A DNA stretch of 63,572 nt, counting the filler. It is 6 parts of 6 records of this genome, joined end to end, with 100 filler letters (N's around TTAATTAATTAA, not from the genome) between each part and the next. Parts side by side here need not be neighbours in the genome. Positions count along the whole stretch, not along the records: positions 39,644 to 58,276 come from DRR378314_2396; positions 58,377 to 63,572 come from DRR378314_2407; 4 more parts are not named here. One strand, given 5' to 3'. Below the pieces are notes generated by a model. That model did no database searches. It was given only the letters and a program-made list of their open reading frames with translations, and was not told the origin of the DNA. Position numbers and translations under genes: made by a program. This document shows positions 54,964-63,572 of this stretch, piece after piece; the first letter of the stretch is position 1, and the number at the start of each line of letters is the position of its first letter.

Positions 54964-55728
54964 TCAAGCGTCCGGTTGGTGCCGACGGCGCCCGCGCAGG
55001 CGCGCGATCAGATACATGATCAGGGCGGCCACCGCCAAACCCAGCCACTGCAGCGCGTAGGCCTGGTGGCGTTGCGGGCTCATCACCGTGGTGACGTCCT
55101 GCCAGGGCCGCGGCAACGCCGCGGCGTCGCCGAGCGGTTGATCGGGGGCCACCCGTATCTCGAAGGGCGCTAATTCTACCCCAAGTCGATGGCCGATGGC
55201 TGCAAAATCCACCTTTTGTACCCGCAACGGCCACTGATTCTCCGGCAGCGGGGTGTCCTTGAGCACGAAGGTCTGCGCCGAGGGCTGGTAGGCGTTGCCG
55301 GTGACGGTGACCGGCCCGTCCACCGGGGGCACGTCGGGCAGCCGTGCCCGGTCCGCGCCACGCGGCAGCCAGCCCCGGTTGACCAGCACCCAGCGGCCCT
55401 CATCGGTGCGCAGCGGGGTCAGCAGGAAATAGCCGGCCACACCCTGCCAGGTGCGGTTGTCCAGCAGCACCGAGCGGCGGTTATCCAGCTCGCCACTGAC
55501 CCGTATCGGGCGGTGTTGCGGGTCATCCAGATCGAGCGCGCGCTCCAGGGTGACCGGGGCCGCGCGGGCCTTTTCCGCCTGGTCGGCCAGCCATTCGCGT
55601 TTCTCCCCGGCGCGCTGCCACTGCCACCAGGAGAGGCTCAGGCAGAGGCCGACGACCAGCAGAGTCAGAACCAGTCCCAGCAACGACCGGCGCGCATTGC
55701 GGTTTGGCATATCTTTACGTGCACTCAC
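54964..55728 (-). CDS. SURF1 family protein
   Basis: WQWQRAGEK, LDNR, VLVNRGW, H.AYALQW. Confidence 0.92.
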   Translation of the reverse strand: MSARKDMPNRNARRSLLGLVLTLLVVGLCLSLSWWQWQRAGEKREWLADQAEKARAAPVTLERALDLDDPQHRPIRVSGELDNRRSVLLDNRTWQGVAGYFLLTPLRTDEGRWVLVNRGWLPRGADRARLPDVPPVDGPVTVTGNAYQPSAQTFVLKDTPLPENQWPLRVQKVDFAAIGHRLGVELAPFEIRVAPDQPLGDAAALPRPWQDVTTVMSPQRHQAYALQWLGLAVAALIMYLIARLRGRRRHQPDA

Positions 55729-55790
55729 GGGGGCGGTGGCTACAATGGGCGCGTATTGTAACCGACAACCGTATTCCGTCGAGGTGAATT

Positions 55791-56036
55791 ATGTGGTGGG
55801 TCAAGCTGATCGTAATCGTTCTTCTTATCGCGGCGGTGGTGTCGCTGGCGCGCGCCCTGATGTCCCTGGTGCGCAACGAAGGCAAAAGCGGTAAGACCAT
55901 GCGTGCGCTGGCCTGGCGGGTGGGGTTCTCGGTGATGGTGTTCGTGTTCATTCTGGTAAGCATGCTGATGGGCTGGATCCAGCCCCACGATGTGAACCCC
56001 ACCACCCGTGAAGGTGCCCCCATCGAGCAGCAATAA
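55791..56036 (+). CDS. Twin-transmembrane-helix small protein (DUF2909)
   Basis: Two TM helices, ALAWRVGFS, GWIQPH. Antisense position inside the cox cluster. Confidence 0.85.
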   Translation: MWWVKLIVIVLLIAAVVSLARALMSLVRNEGKSGKTMRALAWRVGFSVMVFVFILVSMLMGWIQPHDVNPTTREGAPIEQQ

Positions 56037-56053
56037 CGGCCCGCCACAAAACA

Positions 56054-56082
56054 AAAAGCCCCGGCTTGTGACCGGGGCTTTT
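56054..56082. terminator. Bidirectional rho-independent terminator
   Basis: AAAAGCCCCGG-N7-CCGGGGCTTTT between convergent genes. Confidence 0.85.
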
Positions 56083-56107
56083 CGTTTCCAGGGTGGTGTG
56101 GCGCGGG

Positions 56108-56989
56108 TTACAGCCAGTACACCACCACGAACAGGAACAGCCATACCACGTCCACGAAGTGCCAGTACCAGGCCCCCGCTTCCCAGGCAAAATTGTTTTC
56201 TTCGTCGAAGTGGCCCTTGATCACGCGCAGCAGGGTCACGAGAAGGAAGATAGTGCCGATGGTCACATGGGCACCGTGGAAACCGGTCAGCATGAAGAAC
56301 AGGCTGCCGTAGATGCCGGCATCCAGGGTCAGGCCCATCTCGGTGTAAGCGTGAATATACTCTTCCACCTGCAGACCCATGAAGATCATGCCCAACAGCA
56401 CGGTGGCGGCCTGGAAGCCGATCAGCTTGCCGCGCTTGCCTTCCAGCAGCGCGTGGTGGGCAATGGTCAGCGTGATCGAGCTGGTCAGCAGGATGGCGGT
56501 GTTGATCGCCGGCAGGCCCCAGGCGCCCATGGCCTGGGTGGTGGTGCCGTCCGGGGTCTTCACCAGCGGCCACATGGCCTGGAAGCTCGGCCACAGCAGC
56601 TCGTGGGTCATGGCGTTGCTGCCGGCGCCGCCCAGCCAGGGCACGATCAGCCAGCGGGTGTAGAACAGGGCCCCGAAGAAGGCGCCGAAGAACATCACCT
56701 CTGAGAAGATGAACCACAGCATGCCCTGGCGGTAGGAGATGCCCAGCTGGTTGCTGTGCAGGCCGCCCACGGACTCTTTGATGGTGTCGCGCCACCAGAT
56801 GGCGATGATGAACAGCAGGGTGGCCAGGCCGACGAAGAACAGCGGCATGCCCCAGCTGCCCTGGAAGGTATCCGGGTCAGTGGCCTGCTGAATGAAGTTG
56901 GCACCGCCCACGGCGGTGAGGAACAGGCCCACGGAGGCCGCCAGGGGCCAGGGGCTGCTCTCGGGTACGTAATACTTTTCCGTTGCCAT
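56108..56989 (-). CDS. coxC: Cytochrome c oxidase subunit III
   Basis: FIFSEVMFF, NTAILLTSS, TGFHGAHV, WYWHFVDVVW. Confidence 0.96.
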   Translation of the reverse strand: MATEKYYVPESSPWPLAASVGLFLTAVGGANFIQQATDPDTFQGSWGMPLFFVGLATLLFIIAIWWRDTIKESVGGLHSNQLGISYRQGMLWFIFSEVMFFGAFFGALFYTRWLIVPWLGGAGSNAMTHELLWPSFQAMWPLVKTPDGTTTQAMGAWGLPAINTAILLTSSITLTIAHHALLEGKRGKLIGFQAATVLLGMIFMGLQVEEYIHAYTEMGLTLDAGIYGSLFFMLTGFHGAHVTIGTIFLLVTLLRVIKGHFDEENNFAWEAGAWYWHFVDVVWLFLFVVVYWL

Positions 56990-57018
56990 GTTGAAAATGT
57001 CTCCTGTACAACCGGCCG

Positions 57019-57573
57019 TTATTTGTTCGTCGCGGCGACGCGGTCGGTAACGTCAAAAATGGTGTAGGACAGCGTCAGCGTATTGATATGACGCGGCAAT
57101 TCCGGGTCCAGGTAGAAAATCATCGGCATTTCCTTGCGCTCGCCCGCCGCCAGTGACTGCTGATCGAAGCAGAAGCACTGGGTTTTGTGCAGGTAGCGCG
57201 CCGCTTCCCCGGGGGAAACCGAGGGAATGCTTTGCGTGATGATGTCGCTGGACTTGGGATTGCTGGCGAAAAAGTTCACCAGCGTGATCTCTCCGGGGTG
57301 CACTTCCACCCGGCGCGTCGCCGAAGTGAAATCACCGTTGACGCCCTCACCCCGCTGGGTGATGAATTCAACGGTGACGGTGCGGTCTTCCACCACCTGT
57401 GACGGGCCTTCGGTGCTCGCCGTTGTGGACGTTTTTCCATTCAGACCGGTGATATCGCAGATCACATCGTAAAACGGCACCATCGCGAAGGCGAAACCGA
57501 ACATCGCCACCGCCCAGATAAGCAGCTTTCTGAGCGTGCGTTGGTTGCGCTGTTGCAGGTTCTGTTCGCTCAT
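57019..57573 (-). CDS. ctaG: Cytochrome c oxidase assembly protein CtaG/Cox11
   Basis: VPFYDVICDITGLNGK, KTQCFCF, TLSYT. Confidence 0.94.
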   Translation of the reverse strand: MSEQNLQQRNQRTLRKLLIWAVAMFGFAFAMVPFYDVICDITGLNGKTSTTASTEGPSQVVEDRTVTVEFITQRGEGVNGDFTSATRRVEVHPGEITLVNFFASNPKSSDIITQSIPSVSPGEAARYLHKTQCFCFDQQSLAAGERKEMPMIFYLDPELPRHINTLTLSYTIFDVTDRVAATNK

Positions 57574-57591
57574 GGTGCCGTCCGAACTCCG

Positions 57592-58276
57592 TTACTTGAC
57601 TACCGGCGGGGTGTCATAGGTGTGGAACGGCGCCGGTGACGGCACTTCCCATTCCAGACCTTCGGCGCCTTCCCAGGAACGGGCCGGCGCTTTCTCGCCT
57701 TTCTTCATGGCGCACAGCACGCACACCGCCAGGAACAGCAGCTGCGACAGACCGAACCAGAACCCGCCAATGGAGATCCAGAAGTTGTAGTCCGCGAACT
57801 GCAGCGCGTAGTCGGCGTAGCGGCGCGGCATGCCGGCCAGGCCCACGAAGTGCATCGGGAAGAACAGCAGGTTCACGGAGATCAGGGAACTCCAGAAGTG
57901 CAGCTCGCCGAGCAGCTTGTTGGGCATCACGCCGGACCACTTGGGCAGCCAGTAGTAGGCGGCGGCGAACATGCTGAACACCGCGCCGGACACCAACACA
58001 TAGTGGAAGTGCGCGACCACGAAGTAGGTGTCGTGGTACTGGAAGTCCACCGGGGTGATCGCCAGCATCAGGCCGGACAGGCCGCCGCAGGTGAACAAGA
58101 TCACGAAGGCGATGGCCCACTTCATCGGCAGTTCGAAGGTCATCGAGCCGCGCCACATGGTGGCCACCCAGTTGAACACTTTCACGCCGGTCGGTACCGA
58201 GATCAGCATGGTCATGTACATGAAGAACAGGGTGCCGGCCAGGGGCATGCCCACGGTGAACATGTGGTGGGCCCAG
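57592..58276 (-). CDS. coxA: Cytochrome c oxidase subunit I, 5' truncated
   Basis: WAHHMF, VPTGVKVFNW, HDTYFVVAHFHYV, GMPRRY. Confidence 0.97.
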
Positions 58277-58376
58277 NNNNNNNNNNNNNNNNNNNNNNNN
58301 NNNNNNNNNNNNNNNNNNNNTTAATTAATTAANNNNNNNNNNNNNNNNNNNNNNNNNNNNNNNNNNNNNNNNNNNN
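58277..58376. other. Artificial contig linker
   Basis: N44-TTAATTAATTAA-N44. Confidence 0.98.
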
Positions 58377-58416
58377 TTGATGGGAACGTAGCGGACGGGG
58401 AAACACATACACGCAG

Positions 58417-61091
58417 CGGCGATGTCGTGCGCGGGTTCACCATACCTGGTGCGGGAGCGATGTCCAACGCAGCGCGCGATCGAATGCTGGTACGTAGTTC
58501 ACGAAACTCAGGAACGAAGGACGTACTTTCAGCGTATACGATCGGGAGTGAATGTGTTTCCGACAACGCTTTGCTTCTGAAACACGGCCATCCTTGCGAC
58601 AGCACAACTTCCGTGTGCTATGGAAGAACAAAAGTGGGAAGAGAGAGTGGGAGTGATGATCGTCCAAGTCGTTCGGAACTGTATCCAGTTGTAATGTACC
58701 AGTCTCCGCGCGGACACAAATATGTACCGTACGTGATCACCATGAAAGCATATACGTGTAGGATAATGGTAGGCGTTTCTACTGCGCTATACGCTTGTGG
58801 ATACGTCGGTAGCTGTTTCTTCCTGCGCCTTAATCCTTGTTCTTTCGTTTGCGCTCGTATCGTTGCAATAGGACCGCACTCCTTCGCTCTCGCCCTCGCT
58901 CCCTCTCATGTACTCCGAATGAAGTGTACGGTACATGCGTATGTCATATTTCCGTTCATTCACTGTATGCAATCTACTGTAGAAACACCTGGAGTTGAGT
59001 GCCGGGTGTAAATTATTGTGGATGGCTCGTCGCGGTCGCTGGATTTCACCGTTGATCAAGCACTTGGATGAGTCGCAACTCGCTGCGCTGGAGAAGCGTT
59101 TACACCTACAAGGTACGAAACCATCGCGACATCGCCAACTCAAGATTTCTCAGAGATGTCATTCCCCTACGTAAGCGAGTGTGCATGGACTGGATGTGAA
59201 TGTGCAGGGATGAGTCTGTACGTGTCGTTGTGTTGTGTTTCTCGCTGTGTGGCAATTCGCGTCGTAGCGTCCGGTGGGCACGAGAGCGATGGCGCTCTGT
59301 CCCTCTTGTGCGCGGTCCACTCACCTTCACCCGCGGTCACAGAGGGACCACACTAGACACGAGCGGAAAGGCCGCTACATTGCGGGTACCACTGCTCTGA
59401 AGTGTGCGTGTGATACTTGTCGTGATGAGCACTGGAATCGCCACTGTGTACACGGAAAGCCTTCCGGTGAGACACTTGGTAGAGAGCGAGAGCGAGAGCG
59501 AGAGAGAGAGAGGGCTGTATACGTACGCGTGTCCCTTTCTCCGCACACGCGCCTCTTCCCCTGCGCATCAAGCAGCATTTCCGCGCTCTGTGCATACGCC
59601 AAGCCTCTCTCCCTTCCTCGGCGTGCTATGATGGGCGGCAATTGACACCGCGAGAGGATAAGGGGGACAAATGCACTGCGGCTCTCTTGCCCACCTCGTG
59701 CATCCGCATCGAGATCCTCCGGACTGCACTTACTTCTCCGCTACGACGCTCACACATGCGCTATGCCGCCAAGCGAATCCATATACTCATGCTCCTGCGC
59801 ACGCGCGCGTGCCCTGTTGTTGTGCAGACGGCGACCTTGGCATCGTGTGCGCTGGCGAGTACGACAGCGTGAGCGAGAGTCTCGGTCGCGCGCGCCTCGC
59901 CGCTCGATCGGCGATGCTCGAGAGCGGTGCGGTGGAACAGAGCCCAACTGATTTCAAGTTCCTCTGGGTGGTCGATTTCCCGCTGTTTGCGCGTGCGGAA
60001 GATGGCGATGGCGTAGAAAGTGTCCACCACCCGTTCACCGCTGCAGTTCCAGCCGATGAGCACCTGATCGCCTCGGATCCTCTCAAGTACGCCAGATACC
60101 TCCCTGCCACAGCCAGTTCGACCTCACGCTGCGAGAAACGATGCTTTGGTCTCGGAAGCTGTGAACGTGGCAATGCCTTGTCGTAGCGACGACCGTTGTT
60201 GTTTCCCTCTCTGTTGCGCGCGGAGGGGGGCAATTGTAGCCGAACGCCGCGCGTGAGTGCACAGGCAGCGCTCTCCGACCCAACGCGCCTGGTCATACGC
60301 ACCGTCGTGATTGCCGTTGCGGGTCTTTAGACCGAGCGTCTACCTGGGATTTCTCCTCCTTCTCTCCTCATGTCACGCGTCTCAGAGTTGTCTACGCGGT
60401 AGATTGGTGCGTGTGGCGCTGTTGCTGCTACACACTGCGCCAGTGTGCGCTGCCGTTGTGTGTAACCACCGCCCGCCCCGCCGTTTCCCGCGCGTTGCAG
60501 AGTGCGCGGTCTCCATTACGACGTTGTCGTCAACGGCGTTGAACTCGGAGGTGGATCCATCCGTATTCACGATCCCAAGGTCCAATACGATGTGCTCCAT
60601 CGTGTCCTTGGGCACTCGGAGGACAGTGTACGACAACAGTTTGGGCATTTGCTGCGCGCGCTCGAGAGCGGATGCCCGCCACACGGCGGTCTCGCACTCG
60701 GTCTTGATCGCTTACTCGCTGTCGCTACGGGCGCTGCGTCCATCCGCGATGTCATAGCGTTCCCCAAGGTGCGTGCGGCAGTGCGGTGCTCGCCGAGCAT
60801 GGCGCCGCGCATCGTCCTCATAGCGCATCGCAGCACCGGGAGAGAGCGCGCGAGAGGGAGAGGGAGTAAAGGCACGTGCTTACCCGCTTCACATGCAGTG
60901 TGTTGAACGCAAGCCAGTACACAAGCTCATGTGTTTCGTATACGCTGCGCGGCGTGCGCATGCCGTCGGGGGAAACGCGGCAGAGCGCCAACGGGAACGA
61001 TCTCATGGTGGGAGCGCCCGGCGCACTCAAGAGCGATGATGATCTGGAGGAGTACGGCTTGGCTCTGCGCGCGCCGCCACCGCGACCGTAG
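58417..61091 (+). CDS. DARS2: Bacterial/mitochondrial-type aspartyl-tRNA synthetase, spliced, 5' end missing
   Basis: Exons 58417-58489, 58983-59112, 59828-60086, 60501-60768 and 60984-61091 join in phase: GAD domain, [55 protein letters not shown]. Confidence 0.92.
59481..59512. repeat. (GA)-rich microsatellite in an intron
   Basis: AGAGAGCGAGAGCGAGAGCGAGAGAGAGAGAG. Confidence 0.8.
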
Positions 61092-62090
61092 GGGATGCGG
61101 TTCGCCGCGCGGTCCGCATGCGCGCGCTGGTGCGTCGCAACATGCACGATGCAGCGGAGGGCGCGCGTGGACGGCAGTGCTGCGGTCACGGGCAGCGTGC
61201 GGGGGGCTGGGTGCGCCTCGCGGAGGGGCGCTGCGCCGCCCTGTGCTCCGTGTACGCATCCTGTGCGCCCCAGAGCACACGCGCACACGCGCACGCGCCC
61301 GTGGAGCGGGGGAATACCGCGGTCGCTACGCTGTGCGTGCGAAGAGTGGCACGGCGGCGCCGCGCACCGGCAGCTCCTCGCTTCCGCGACCCGCGCCCGC
61401 GATTGCACCCGCGAGTGCGCGGCAGCCGAGCTCCTGCCCGCGTCACTGCATTGCTTGGCGCGTGACGCATTGGGGGGCGGCGTTTGGGCGCGCGTGCCGG
61501 CGGACAGCCGGGTCCGCGCACGCTAGTATGTGCGGACGCGGACGCGGGCAGCGCGCGCGTACCCGCTTGCCGCTCCCTTGAACCTGCCGCCACACATGGT
61601 AGTGCAAAACAAATACACCAAACTGCACTCGTACGCTGTACTCCGTTCCACTCGCGTGTGCGCACATCTCTGCGGAGCGCGTGCGCGCGCACGCGCTCCA
61701 TTGACCGTAACAAATAATATAAATAATCTCTTCTTTTGCGATGCACGCGAGGAGGCTCCGAGAGGCAGGCGCGCGCGCCACACCGCAGCCGCGCAGGCAG
61801 GTTGCGCTCCTCTCCCTGGGTGCGTCCGAGAGGCTCGCGTCCTTGTATTAGGTGGGAGTACTGCGTGTGAATAGGGAGATCACCAGTGAGTTTTACTTGG
61901 GTGTTACCGTGGGAGATGAGGAGAATCCCGTTCGCGACGAGCCAAGCCGGTAGGCAGCGGGGACAGCTTTGTTCACTGACTTTTGTGTGCGCCCGGTGTG
62001 CGCGATGCGTTGTTGTGCCCGCTCCTCTCCCGCGTACGCGCGCCTTTCCGCGCGCTTACCCTCTAGAGAAGTGGATTTGGATTTGGTACG

Positions 62091-63253
62091 ATGAGCTCAT
62101 CCGAATCATTGGGCGACGATCAGCCTCGCGGTCCGCGCCCACACCGCTGCAACGCGCACCTCGAAGACGTTGTCCAGGCCGTGTTCGCGTGGCCGCCGGC
62201 GATAGCCGCACCGCTGCGCGTGTTTCTCGCGTGCGTCCGCTCGGAGCCAGGGTATGGCGCCTCTGTTCTCCCGAATGCACATGATTGAAAGCGTGACTGT
62301 TGTATAAGGATGACATTTTTCCCTCGAGATCGCGAGACCGTAAAACTGCCTGGTGCGTGCCGCCAATGTGTGAGGGCAGCTCTTCTCGCAAGCCGATGTG
62401 AATCGGATACTGATGGTCTTGACGCGCCCTATTATGGAAAGTGTTTTTCATAGAGTGATATTTATAGTCTGTCTGTGTGGGGCAGTGTCTGACCGCTGCT
62501 CGAACGGGAACGTAAAGCGCGGATACGCAGCGCCATTGACGTACTTCACCATTGTGTGGCAGAGGAAACGCAGACGAGGCGCTTGGTGGCTTCTCGCGCG
62601 AGAAACACGTATGCGGGTACTGGGTATCTGTGCGGATAGCGGCACTGCAGCGCAGCTCGTTTGCATCAGCGCTGCCTCATAAACGCACTGGCTGCGGTTG
62701 TACGTGCTGCAGTCAAGAACCGCCGCGAATCGGAGAGGCGAAACGTACCGCGTCAAGCGAAGACATTGAATAGAACTGGACGTTTGAAGGGACGATGTAC
62801 ATGGAGTGATTGATCAAGTATCAGTGGTAGAGCACGTGCGCGTCATTTGTGCAGTTGCTCAAGTGCGGAGGATACCGCATGGCGAAGCGCGATTCCTACG
62901 CTTCGGAAATATATGCGTATGCTGAAGGTTTCATGTTGCGCGTTTGCCGAACTTGTCGGAGATTGCTATGGGTTGCTCGAGGAATTTTGCTCGTGGTACA
63001 GTTCGAGTAGCGCCCGTGGTCTCCAACGCACTGTCAGGAGGCTGAGCAGCGGCGCTTTGTGCGCAATTGTCCTTGGCTCGACGTGCCTGCGTTTCGCTTT
63101 CCGCGTGCGCACGCACTTCCCGCCGCCAGGAGCGCTCCGTCTCACCGTCCACCTTGCGCACGTCCTTGCGGGCCCATGTCCTGGCCGACCCCTTCACAGT
63201 TGCGGTTCCTTTTACGCCCGCGTATTCCCGGTACATGCACGAGATCAATGCAG
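62091..63253 (+). CDS. Possible 5' exons of an unknown spliced gene
   Basis: ATG 62091 (MSSSESLGDD...) and several AG...GT-bounded protein-like segments. No domain recognised and phases not fully verified. Confidence 0.25.
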
Positions 63254-63572
63254 GTATCAGTCAGAAGCATGCATATAGAGATATTCGATGTCACTGGTAC
63301 AGCTGTCCGTTCCTCTGCTTGACTGCTGCCCAACGTCGCGGAGGCTCCTGCTGGTGGCGAAGCAGACTGGGAAACTCCAATATGCCGATTGCGCTTTGCT
63401 ACAATGAAAGCTGCATGCGTGCACAGCAGTAGCTCGGCGCGAACTCGCTGTTCAAAATTGAGTTCGGAAGCGATTGCGGCACTACCGGCTGCGCTGTGGT
63501 GCGCGGAGGTTCAGAGTCCGTAGCGAGTCCCGCTGCCCGCGCGCGAGCAGGTGCGGCGCGGGGAGCACAGCG

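Noticed and set aside
55791-56036. Antisense small gene inside the cox cluster
   Set aside because: Well-known conserved arrangement (DUF2909) in gammaproteobacterial cox loci.
1-63572. CRISPR arrays, tRNA/rRNA genes, transposases, integrase
   Set aside because: No regularly spaced repeats, cloverleaf or rRNA signatures, or transposase/recombinase motifs were seen by eye. A covariance-model scan was not possible.

Overview
This window is not one locus. It is six unrelated contigs joined by 100-nt N44-TTAATTAATTAA-N44 linkers, and they come from at least three organisms. (1) 1-12197, 23922-33173 and 58377-63572 are from an intron-containing eukaryote (standard code, GT-AG introns with a dominant GTACG donor). 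They carry a 9-exon fructosamine-kinase gene, a 5-exon bacterial-type GTPase/DUF697 gene, a CTL/SLC44 transporter, three protein kinases (one is a spliced receptor-like kinase) and a mitochondrial-type aspartyl-tRNA synthetase. (2) 12298-23821 and 33274-39543 look like Halomonas-type Gammaproteobacteria. They hold an eroded integron-cassette (attC) array with higBA, then rnz, a secreted MetX-like esterase, a UbiH/F hydroxylase, sirtuin-selO-dinB, djlA, GST, a hemolysin III protein, fmdBA, ribA, hemE and speE. (3) 39644-58276 is a GC-rich, Alcanivorax-like gammaproteobacterial contig with rhlB, lipid genes, a BNR protein, an SSS transporter, a membrane cold-shock protein, lemA/htpX and the cox cluster. 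Genus assignments are inferred from gene content and protein style, not from a database search. The best leads are the intron-bearing bacterial-type GTPase/DUF697 gene (HGT candidate), the decaying integrase-less attC array and the protist receptor-kinase cluster. I found no clearly new multi-gene system that I can support firmly.
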